This document shows, piece after piece, positions 9,636-17,389 of a DNA stretch of 64,000 bases. The stretch is from Candidatus Limiplasma sp. (GTDB lineage: Bacteria; Bacillota; Clostridia; Christensenellales; Aristaeellaceae), in assembly GCA_045540635.1 (NCBI GenBank), contig JAZQHO010000213.1, positions 10,737 to 74,736 of the forward strand. The letters are read 5' to 3'. Made by a program: the position numbers and the translations under genes. The notes beneath the pieces were generated by a model. That model had not been told where the DNA came from, ran no database searches, and worked only from the letters and a program-made list of their open reading frames with translations. How positions within the stretch are numbered: the stretch's first letter is position 1; each line of letters begins with the position of its first letter.

Positions 9636-11390
9636 TCAGCCCTGCAGCGGCTGCATAACAAACTGCGTAAACATCGCCACACCGCCGGGCTTCTCCGTGG
9701 ACTGTACAAACAGCCCGAAACGGTTGCCGGTGAAATGCTCCAGCCGGAAGAACATCTCATGGGGCTGCCCCAGCGGCTGCCAGCCCTCCGCCGTGGCATA
9801 GAAGAACTGCACCAGATCCTTCCCGGCAGAGAAATGCATCTCCGCCTTCAAGCGCACAGTGTTCTGCGTCCACGGCAGGGAAGCGCGCTCCACGCCCTCT
9901 TCCCCATCGCCGCTTTGGCGGCTGCGCAGCACAAGACGGTAAGCGCCCTGCTGCCGCTCCAGCCCGATCCACGCCCAGCAGAGCTGCATGGCACAAAGTC
10001 CCGCCCGGTCGCCATCCTGCATACCGGAGGTATCCAGCGTGATCTCGCCGGAGCAGGCCGGGTACAGGGTGCGCTGGGTGAGCATGTTCTGCACCTGGGT
10101 GAGCACCGGGGTGGTCTTGCCGGTACGGATGCGCAGCTCCCCGCCGCCCAATTGCACCAGCGAAAGATCCGGAATATGGTTCCACTCCCAGACCTCCTTG
10201 AGCGTATCGGTGGCAAAATCGTCACTGTCCCACAAGGGTTTGTACACATGGCCGGGGCGGGTGGTCAGATTGCATAGCTGCTGCGGGATTTTTCCATCCA
10301 GCCCGAGAACAGGCATATCGTTTTCCCAGCTCATGGGCATCAGCATGGGGATGCGCCCTACCGCTCCCACATCTTGGAACAGTATGGCGTACCAGCGCCC
10401 ATCCGGCGTGTCGATAATGCCGCCCTGCGCAACGCCCGCATCAGTGCGGCCCATATCATCATCCATCACCACGCCGCCCCGGAACTCGCCCTCCAGACTG
10501 TCGCTGACAAGGCAGGTCTCCACACGCCGCCAACGATCCTTGCGGGAGTGGATGGCAAACAGATAATACTTGCCCCCGATCTTGTAGAGATGCGAGCCCT
10601 CGTAGCCCAGATAACGGCTCTCGCCGGAATCCGCAATGATGCGGCTGAGGCCGCCGGGCTTGGGGCCGGTCAGCTCCGCATTCAGCTCCAACAGATGGAT
10701 GTGCCGCTGCCCATAGACCAGATAGACACGGTCATCATCATCAAAGAGCAGGGAACAGTCATGGTAGAAGCCTTCGATATAGCTCCTGCGCCAGGGGCCT
10801 TCGATGTTCTCTGCACGGTACAGGTAGGTTTTCTTGGTATCGTTGGCAACGAAGATCACATAGAAGGTGCCCTTGTGCCAGCGCAGCGTGGCTGCCCACA
10901 TGCCAGCCCCGTAAGCATTGCCTTCCTCCAGCCGCTGGGCAGGGGTATCCTCCAGAATATCGTAAATGCGGGTGCAGTACTCCCAGTGGATCAGGTCGTA
11001 GGAGCGCAGGATCACACCGCCGGGCATGAAGTACATGGTGGTGGAGATCATATAGTAGGTATCCCCCACACGGATCATGTCCACATCAGGAAAATCCATG
11101 GAGGTAAGAGGGTTCTGCCCCTCCACCACCTCTGCGGCAGGATGAAAGCGCCACTCCAGCAGCTCCATGCCCTCGCCAATTGCGAAAGCCACCTTGCTGC
11201 CCGCTTCAACAGCAGCCGGTACCAGCAGGGTACGGGGGCTGGCGGCAGCAGGCAGCGTCCATGCGGCAAGCTCGTTGCCGTTCTCATCCACAAGGCGCAC
11301 AGCGGCAGTCTCTGCGGCGGTATAGCGAAGGCTAACGCCGCCGGTATTCTCCCCTACACTGCCGCAGGGCAGCAGGTCATATCGGTTCAT
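9636..11390 (-). CDS. Glycoside hydrolase family 43 (beta-xylosidase/alpha-L-arabinofuranosidase-like) with C-terminal concanavalin-like domain
   Basis: GH43 blocks DFPDVDMIRVGDTYYMISTTMYF, GMWAATLRWHKGTFYV and YEGSHLYKIGGKYYLF. The internal ATG at 11390 is preceded by GGAAAGGAGA. No signal peptide. Confidence 0.85.
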   Translation of the reverse strand: MNRYDLLPCGSVGENTGGVSLRYTAAETAAVRLVDENGNELAAWTLPAAASPRTLLVPAAVEAGSKVAFAIGEGMELLEWRFHPAAEVVEGQNPLTSMDFPDVDMIRVGDTYYMISTTMYFMPGGVILRSYDLIHWEYCTRIYDILEDTPAQRLEEGNAYGAGMWAATLRWHKGTFYVIFVANDTKKTYLYRAENIEGPWRRSYIEGFYHDCSLLFDDDDRVYLVYGQRHIHLLELNAELTGPKPGGLSRIIADSGESRYLGYEGSHLYKIGGKYYLFAIHSRKDRWRRVETCLVSDSLEGEFRGGVVMDDDMGRTDAGVAQGGIIDTPDGRWYAILFQDVGAVGRIPMLMPMSWENDMPVLGLDGKIPQQLCNLTTRPGHVYKPLWDSDDFATDTLKEVWEWNHIPDLSLVQLGGGELRIRTGKTTPVLTQVQNMLTQRTLYPACSGEITLDTSGMQDGDRAGLCAMQLCWAWIGLERQQGAYRLVLRSRQSGDGEEGVERASLPWTQNTVRLKAEMHFSAGKDLVQFFYATAEGWQPLGQPHEMFFRLEHFTGNRFGLFVQSTEKPGGVAMFTQFVMQPLQG

Positions 11391-11690
11391 ATTCGTCCGT
11401 CTCCTTTCCAAAGGCAGCAGCGCCGCACTTTTGTGGCCGTTCTCTTTAGGCAACACTATATCTTGCACCGGTTATCTTGTCAACCGCTGCATATAAGGTT
11501 CTGAGCAACAGCTTTTCCGCCAGTAAGCGTGATGGAAAGGATGGATTTATCCTTCCAGTAATATCATGGATGCGTCTCGTTTGTGGTGAATAATGACGGT
11601 TGTGACGAAAGGAAAAGGCTTCGTCATACCGCTCTTTTCATTGAGAAAGAAACTGCCGACATGAAGCATGGGCACGAAGCCAACCTGAGC

Positions 11691-11718
11691 TTGACAGACA
11701 ATGGGTAAGGTGTATAAT
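11691..11718 (+). promoter_or_regulatory. Strong sigma-A-type promoter
   Basis: TTGACA - 16 nt - TATAAT, with TG immediately 5' of the -10. Confidence 0.55.
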
Positions 11719-11747
11719 GATTTCATCATACGAAGGAGGTGAATGGT

Positions 11748-11804
11748 ATGGTTGTTGTATTTGTCCGGAAGGGAGCGATCTGCCGTTCACGGGAGGCTGC
11801 ATAA
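11748..11804 (+). CDS. Candidate 18-codon leader peptide or micro-ORF (MVVVFVRKGAICRSREAA)
   Basis: GGAGG at 11735-11739 sits 8 nt before the ATG. The ORF lies between the promoter and an intrinsic terminator. No homology is claimed. Confidence 0.3.
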   Translation: MVVVFVRKGAICRSREAA

Positions 11805-11835
11805 GGCAGCACAGCCTTCTGTGAAGGGAGAAATT

Positions 11836-11868
11836 CAGTATGCTCTTTTACCGGAGCATACTTTTTTT
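11836..11868 (+). terminator. Intrinsic terminator/attenuator between the micro-ORF and the GNAT gene
   Basis: AGTATGCTC-ttttaccg-GAGCATACT followed by T7. The GNAT RBS follows only about 15 nt later. Confidence 0.65.
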
Positions 11869-11890
11869 GTTGCCAAAAAGGAGAAAGCAT

Positions 11891-12331
11891 ATGGATAAGC
11901 TTATCAGAAAGTACGACGGTCAAACCTTTCAGACGGCATTCCGCGCATACATTATGGAGATGGGCATTCGGGTGAGCAACTGGGAGGGCTTGTTTACCCA
12001 GATGACGGATGAAGGTGTGGCCACCATCCTGCGGGAGGATGAAAATGAGCAGGTTGTGGGTTTCATCATGGTCAGCAGGATTGAAATGACCAGCTGGTTC
12101 TTTGAGGATCGGTATGGGTTCATCCAAGAGTTCTGGGTAGCACCGGAGAAACGTAGTTGCGGCATTGGTTCCGAGCTGCTGGCACAGGCAGAGGCGTTCT
12201 TCGCACGGCAGGGCATCCACAAGATGATCCTGACCAGTGATACGGCAGAGGGCTTCTATCGGAAACATGGCTACCGCAGGGATGAGGGCATTGTGGCAAA
12301 GAACAGGGGTCCTGTGCTTGTAAAAGGCTAA
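11891..12331 (+). CDS. GNAT family N-acetyltransferase
   Basis: Acetyl-CoA motif EKRSCGIGSELLAQAEAFF and C-terminal FYRKHGY. The ATG at 11891 follows AAAAAGGAGAAAGCAT. Confidence 0.8.
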   Translation: MDKLIRKYDGQTFQTAFRAYIMEMGIRVSNWEGLFTQMTDEGVATILREDENEQVVGFIMVSRIEMTSWFFEDRYGFIQEFWVAPEKRSCGIGSELLAQAEAFFARQGIHKMILTSDTAEGFYRKHGYRRDEGIVAKNRGPVLVKG

Positions 12332-12500
12332 AAGGAAGGAGCGGCCAATGGGAATTCCTGCCGAAGTTGAGTGAGAGTGCTACCCTTCGTTACCAAACAA
12401 ACTCCAATTGGTCGAACAGTCGCTTCCGCTTACTCACCATTGGTGAGGGCGCAATTATACGCACCGTTCCAGTGCATTGCGTTCATTGGGCTGCAAAAGC

Positions 12501-12536
12501 AAACGAGCATCCGTAATTCTCGACGGATGCTCGTTT
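12501..12536 (+). terminator. Strong hairpin, probable terminator about 170 nt after the GNAT stop
   Basis: 14-bp perfect stem AAACGAGCATCCGT / ACGGATGCTCGTTT. Weak T-tract (GTTCGTT) on plus; GCTTTTGC on minus. Confidence 0.55.
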
Positions 12537-12610
12537 GTTCGTTACAGGATCAATTGTTCCTTAAGAATCCTCCCCCCCAGCCGGAGGTGATTTGTTCACG
12601 CTTTGTTTTA

Positions 12611-12639
12611 TTGCATTTTTTGCATTTTCGGGCTATACT
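12611..12639 (+). promoter_or_regulatory. Putative promoter of the ychF operon
   Basis: TTGCAT - 17 nt - TATACT, 37 nt before the ychF ATG. Confidence 0.5.
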
Positions 12640-12675
12640 AAAGTGCACATTAGTATGTACTGAGGAAGTGGACAG

Positions 12676-13773
12676 ATGAAACTTGGTATCGTAGGTCTCC
12701 CCAATGTAGGCAAGAGCACTCTTTTCAACGCTATCACCAAGGCGGGCGCACAGGCCGCCAATTATCCCTTCTGCACCATCGAGCCCAACACGGGCATCGT
12801 ACCCGTGCCCGACAGCCGTCTGGATGTGCTGGCACAGATGTATTCCCCCAAGAAAGTGACCCCTGCCACCGTTGAGTTCGTGGATATCGCCGGTCTGGTC
12901 AAGGGTGCCAGCCGTGGCGAAGGTCTTGGCAACAAGTTTCTCTCCCACATCCGCGAGGTGGATGCCATCGTGCATGTGGTTCGCTGCTTCGAAGATGAGA
13001 ACATCATCCATGTGGATGGCTCCATCGACCCGGTGCGCGATATCGAGGTCATCCAGCTGGAGCTGATCCTTGCCGACCTTGAAACCGTGCAGAAGCGCAC
13101 CGACAAGGCCCGTCACCTGTTCCGCGGCGGCGACAAGAAGATGGCTGCCGAAGCTGAGCTGGGCGAACGCCTGCAGGCCCATCTGGAGGCCGAAAAGCCC
13201 GCCCGCACCCTCTCCATGACCGACGATGAAAAAGCGATTGTCAACAGCTGGTTCCTGCTGACCGACAAGCCCGTCATCTACGCCGCCAATATTGCCGACA
13301 GCGATGTGGGCGAAGGCGAAAATGACCTGCCCTATGTGAAGGCCGTCAAGGAGCTGGCAGACAGCGAAGGCTCTCAGGTATTTATCGTCAGTGCGCAAAT
13401 CGAAGAAGAGATCGCCCAGATGGATGCGGATGAAAAGGCCGAGTTCCTTACCGAGCTGGGGCTTGGCCAGAGCGGTCTGGATCGCCTCATTGCCGCCAGC
13501 TACGAGCTGCTGGGTCTCCAGTCCTTCCTGACCGCCGGTGCCGACGAGTGCCGCGCATGGACCATCACCCGCGGCACAAAGGCTCCTCAGGCTGCCGGTA
13601 AGATCCACACCGATTTCGAGCGCGGCTTCATCCGTGCAGAAGTGGTCTCCTACGACGACCTGACCACCCATGGCAGCATGAATGCCTGCAAGGAAAAGGG
13701 TCTGGTGCGCAGTGAGGGCAAGGAATATGTGATGCAGGACGGCGATATCGTGCTGTTCCGCTTCAATGTGTAA
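12676..13773 (+). CDS. ychF: Redox-regulated ribosome-associated ATPase YchF
   Basis: P-loop [22 protein letters not shown], and a C-terminal YchF/TGS domain ending DIVLFRFNV. Confidence 0.93.
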   Translation: MKLGIVGLPNVGKSTLFNAITKAGAQAANYPFCTIEPNTGIVPVPDSRLDVLAQMYSPKKVTPATVEFVDIAGLVKGASRGEGLGNKFLSHIREVDAIVHVVRCFEDENIIHVDGSIDPVRDIEVIQLELILADLETVQKRTDKARHLFRGGDKKMAAEAELGERLQAHLEAEKPARTLSMTDDEKAIVNSWFLLTDKPVIYAANIADSDVGEGENDLPYVKAVKELADSEGSQVFIVSAQIEEEIAQMDADEKAEFLTELGLGQSGLDRLIAASYELLGLQSFLTAGADECRAWTITRGTKAPQAAGKIHTDFERGFIRAEVVSYDDLTTHGSMNACKEKGLVRSEGKEYVMQDGDIVLFRFNV

Positions 13774-13788
13774 AGAGGGTTCAAAGCA

Positions 13789-14799
13789 ATGAGCAGGCTT
13801 TCGTTCTTTTTCAAACGGTTGGTACGGATGGATTTCAAGGCTATGTGGAAAACCACGGGCATCCTCAGGGAACGCAGCGGCAAAAGCCGCCTGTGGCTGC
13901 TTTGCGATATGCTCCGCTGCGCCCTCAAGTACAACGCGGGCTATGTGGACTACAAGATCGCCCAGATGTACCGCCTGAACGACGAACAGAAAAAGACCCA
14001 GATCACACGCGGGCTGAGCAATACCATCGTGCGCCGGATGAACGACAAGGCATACTGGTACCTGTTCGACGACAAAGCCACCTTCAACAACCTTTTCAAG
14101 GACGAGGTTGGCCGCAACTGGATGAAGGTGGACGACCAGACCACCGTGGAGACGCTCTCCGCCTTTCTGGCAGAGAATGGCGACCTGATCGCCAAACCCC
14201 TGGAGGGCAGCAGCGGCGTGGGCATCGAGCGCTTTACCCGCGACCACTGGGAGGGCCGCGAGGCCGACTTCCTTGCGGAGCTGCGGCAGAAGCAGATCGG
14301 CATCATCGAGGAGCGGGTCATCCAGCACCCGGAAATGATGCGCATGTGCCCCACCTCCGTCAACACCATCCGCATCGCCACCCTGCTGGGCGACAAGAAG
14401 CAGGGCATCGTGTATGCCTTCCTGCGCATCGGCAACGGCAACGTGATGGATAACGTGGATCAAGGCGGCATGGCTGCCCGGGTGGATCTGGCCACCGGCA
14501 CCCTGCTCACCGTGGGTGCCGACAAACAGGGCAACACCTTTACTCAGCACCCCATCACCGGTACCGATATCATCGGCTTTACGGTGCCCTTCTTTGAAGA
14601 AGCCAAAGCCATGTGTCTCAACGCTGCCCAGAAAGTGCCTCAGATGCGCTTTGTGGCATGGGACGTTGCCATCACCGAGAAGGGACCTGTATTCATCGAG
14701 GGCAACAGCTTCCCCAGCCATGCGGTGCCTCAGTTTGCAGCCCACTACCCGGACGGTATCGGCATAATGCGCGAGTTCCGGGAGTTTATCGACATCTGA
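13789..14799 (+). CDS. ATP-grasp protein (sugar-transfer-associated ATP-grasp-like family)
   Basis: 336 aa. Contains DLIAKPLEGSSGVGIE and WDVAITEKGPVFIEGNS, typical of ATP-grasp ligases. The family assignment is from memory. Only a 15-nt gap separates it from ychF. Confidence 0.65.
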   Translation: MSRLSFFFKRLVRMDFKAMWKTTGILRERSGKSRLWLLCDMLRCALKYNAGYVDYKIAQMYRLNDEQKKTQITRGLSNTIVRRMNDKAYWYLFDDKATFNNLFKDEVGRNWMKVDDQTTVETLSAFLAENGDLIAKPLEGSSGVGIERFTRDHWEGREADFLAELRQKQIGIIEERVIQHPEMMRMCPTSVNTIRIATLLGDKKQGIVYAFLRIGNGNVMDNVDQGGMAARVDLATGTLLTVGADKQGNTFTQHPITGTDIIGFTVPFFEEAKAMCLNAAQKVPQMRFVAWDVAITEKGPVFIEGNSFPSHAVPQFAAHYPDGIGIMREFREFIDI

Positions 14800-14867
14800 T
14801 CTCCTGCGGCGCTGCCGCTTGAAGATGCCTTTTTTCCAAAAGAACAGCCGAAGGGGGTATCCGACCC

Positions 14868-17360
14868 ATGAAAAAATGGCTCAGTTTGATCCTTTGCCTC
14901 TGCCTGATGCTGGCACCCTTTACCGCCGGCGAGGCCGCCAACGACACCTTTACGCTGATGATCTACCTTTGCGGTACCGATCTGGAATCCAGAGCCGGTA
15001 TGGCTACCTCCGACCTGACTGAGATGGTCAAGAGCGGTGTTGTCAAGAACGGCGATGTGACTGTCTACATCCAGACCGGCGGCACCTCCAAGTGGCAGAC
15101 CAGCGGCATTGCCAACCGCAAGGCCGAGCGCTGGACACTCAGCAAAAACGGTCTGAAGCAGCTGGAAAGCTTGGGCAGCGTCAACATGGGCGATGATGCC
15201 TCCCTCCAGAGCTTTCTGGAATACGGCTTTGAAAACTTCCCCGCAGACCGCTATGGCCTCATCATGTGGGACCATGGCTCCGGCGCTACCGGTGGCCTGT
15301 GCCACGACGAGATCACCGGCGACAGCCTGTACTACCCGGAGATCTACAGCGCCCTCAAAAACGCCACCAAGGGCATGCGCGGCACGCCCTTCGCCTTCGT
15401 GGGCTTTGATGCCTGCCTGATGGGCAGCTACGAAATGGCACTGCACCTCGCGCCCTTTGCCGAGTACATGATCGCCAGTGAGGAGCTGGAACCCGGTACC
15501 GGCTGGGCCTACAACGGCTGGCTGCCCGCGCTGGTCAGCAACCCCGGTATTTCTGTGGAAAAGCTGGGCAAGACCATTGTAGACAGCTTCGTAAACGGTA
15601 TTCAGCAGTACAGCCGCAGCGAGTACGCCACCCTTTCTGTGATCGATCTTTCCCGGATGGATCAGCTGCAGGATGCGGTGGAGGATATGGCCGTGTCGCT
15701 GAACAAGCAGCTGGAGAGCGATTTCAGCACCCTCTCCCGCCTGCGCCAGAACATGCGCTCCTTTGGCGAGATCTCCAACGCCGCCTCCGACATGGTGGAT
15801 ATGACCACCTACGCTGAGGTGTTCTCCCGCTTCGACGCTTCCGCTGCTGCCAACATCAAGGAAGCACTGGAGGACGTGGTGGTCTACTCCCGCCACACCA
15901 GCAACCTTTCCGGCGTGACGGGTCTGAGCATTCTGGTGCCCTTCTCCACCCGCTACAACGCTTCCACCTACATGAAGCAGTACGATACCCAGAACCTGAC
16001 CCCCAAGCATACTGCTTTTGTGGAGGCTTTTATCGGCAAGATCGGCTCCGGCTCCTCAGGCGGCTATGGTCTGGCCGACCTGTTCGGTTTTGGCTCCCCC
16101 ACCGTTTCCTCCCAGAGCGTGCAGTCTGCCGAGATCGACTGGTTCTCCCAATACGCCAGCGATGCGGACAGCTACTCTCAGAACGCCAGCGACCTGTGGG
16201 GCAGCCTGTACGGCTCCGGCTATCAGGAGAGCAACAGTTCCGACTTCTCGCTGGATTCCTTCCTGGGCATGCTGCTGGGCGGCAGCACCGGCTCCGGCTA
16301 CAACAGCTCCTATGACAGCTACTCCTCCAGCCTTTGGGGCGATATGAGCGGCTACAGCGACAGCAGCTTCGCCACCGACAGCGGCTACAGCAACGATTTC
16401 TGGAGCGATATTCTGGGCGGTGGCACCACCGGCAGCAATACCGGCAGCAGCTCTTCCGGTACGGGCAGTTCCTCCGGCTCTGCACTTGATTTCTGGGGCT
16501 TCACCACCGCCACCGAGGCACCTCAGCCCACCGCCACCCCCGCCGCAGGCAACCTGCTGGACTTCTGGGGGCTCGTTTCCGCTACCGAAGCACCTCAGCC
16601 CACCGCCACGCCCAACAACAGCCTGCTGGATTTCTGGGGCCTTACCGGCAATACCACCGCACCTGCCCAGAGCAGCGCACAGGTGACTGTGCAGACCGAC
16701 GAAGGCGAAGTAACGCTGAATAACCCCTTTGCGGGCAGCGACAGTGAATATGCCTATACCATGGAGCTGACCCCCGAACAGCTTGAGGTGCTTGGCAAGG
16801 TAGAGGCCAACCTGATGATGGACATCAGCGACCCCGACTTTGAGTGCTATGTGGAGCTGGGCTATGTGCAGGACGTGATCGTTGACTGGAACCGCGGTAA
16901 GATCTACGGCCTGTTTGACGGCACGTGGGGTCATCTGGATGGTCAGATGGTCTGCATGTACGATCAGGTGGCCCACGACCGCTACGTGCGTTCCCTGATC
17001 CCCATCACGCTCAACGGCGAGGCCACCTATCTGCTCATCACCTTCGATGAGGAAAACCCCAACGGCACCGTGCTGGGCACCACCGAGGGCTGGACAGAAA
17101 ACGGCATGCCCGCCCGCGGCGTTACCAAGCTGAAGAAGGGCGATGTGGTCATTCCCCAGTACGAGCTCATCTACTGGGATGCCGATGGCAACCAGTGTGT
17201 GGAACCCTTCGAGGGCGATCCCATCACCGTTGGCTCCAGCCTGACCATTCCCTTTGCCTTTGAGCAGGTGGAAGGCGATGTGGACTATGTCTACGGCTTC
17301 TGCCTGACCGATATTTACGGCGACGAAGTACTCTCCGACTTTATGACCCTGTCCTATTGA
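14868..17360 (+). CDS. Secreted clostripain-family (peptidase C11) cysteine protease with S/G/Y-rich linker and C-terminal beta domain
   Basis: Signal peptide MKKWLSLILCLCLMLAPFTAGEA. C11 blocks FTLMIYLCGTDLES, IMWDHGSG (His) and GFDACLMGSYE (Cys). Confidence 0.85.
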   Translation: MKKWLSLILCLCLMLAPFTAGEAANDTFTLMIYLCGTDLESRAGMATSDLTEMVKSGVVKNGDVTVYIQTGGTSKWQTSGIANRKAERWTLSKNGLKQLESLGSVNMGDDASLQSFLEYGFENFPADRYGLIMWDHGSGATGGLCHDEITGDSLYYPEIYSALKNATKGMRGTPFAFVGFDACLMGSYEMALHLAPFAEYMIASEELEPGTGWAYNGWLPALVSNPGISVEKLGKTIVDSFVNGIQQYSRSEYATLSVIDLSRMDQLQDAVEDMAVSLNKQLESDFSTLSRLRQNMRSFGEISNAASDMVDMTTYAEVFSRFDASAAANIKEALEDVVVYSRHTSNLSGVTGLSILVPFSTRYNASTYMKQYDTQNLTPKHTAFVEAFIGKIGSGSSGGYGLADLFGFGSPTVSSQSVQSAEIDWFSQYASDADSYSQNASDLWGSLYGSGYQESNSSDFSLDSFLGMLLGGSTGSGYNSSYDSYSSSLWGDMSGYSDSSFATDSGYSNDFWSDILGGGTTGSNTGSSSSGTGSSSGSALDFWGFTTATEAPQPTATPAAGNLLDFWGLVSATEAPQPTATPNNSLLDFWGLTGNTTAPAQSSAQVTVQTDEGEVTLNNPFAGSDSEYAYTMELTPEQLEVLGKVEANLMMDISDPDFECYVELGYVQDVIVDWNRGKIYGLFDGTWGHLDGQMVCMYDQVAHDRYVRSLIPITLNGEATYLLITFDEENPNGTVLGTTEGWTENGMPARGVTKLKKGDVVIPQYELIYWDADGNQCVEPFEGDPITVGSSLTIPFAFEQVEGDVDYVYGFCLTDIYGDEVLSDFMTLSY
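16485..16668 (+). repeat. Three 69-bp in-frame coding repeats in the C11 linker (LLDFWG-x4-ATEAPQPTATP)
   Basis: Copies start near 16485, 16554 and 16623. The third copy is degenerate in its 3' half. Confidence 0.6.
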
Positions 17361-17389
17361 TTCTGCGACATACCAAGGAGGCGAGCGCC

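Noticed and set aside
11547-11729. A 60-aa minus-strand ORF in the GH43/GNAT intergenic region.
   Set aside because: It has no RBS and overlaps the strong plus-strand promoter. The sequence MMKSLYTLPIVCQAQVGFVP... has no recognisable features, so it is likely a chance ORF in an AT-richer spacer.
12332-12500. A ~170-nt untranslated stretch between the GNAT stop and its hairpin terminator, containing a CTCACC-ATT-GGTGAG hairpin. It also includes the 102-aa ORF at 12371-12679.
   Set aside because: The ORF has no RBS and runs through the terminator and the ychF promoter. I cannot tie the stretch to any RNA family. It could be a 3' UTR or gene remnant, but nothing supports a specific call.
12550-14745. 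A 731-aa ORF on the minus strand, plus many similar long ORFs. Examples: 70-756(+), 1616-2614(+), 2388-3725(+), 4851-6719(+), 14745-16010(-), 18263-19357(-), 21240-23483(+), 30136-31449(+), 31966-33216(+), 38694-40094(-), 40459-41844(-), 45377-46684(+), 46713-48911(+), 50280-53042(+), 53485-55167(+), 60121-62091(-).
   Set aside because: Each lies antisense to, or out of frame with, a gene that has unmistakable family motifs (ychF, groEL, his genes and others). Their translations are low-complexity G/A/H/L/V/R-rich strings typical of stop-poor alternative frames in high-GC DNA. They lack RBS-start pairs.
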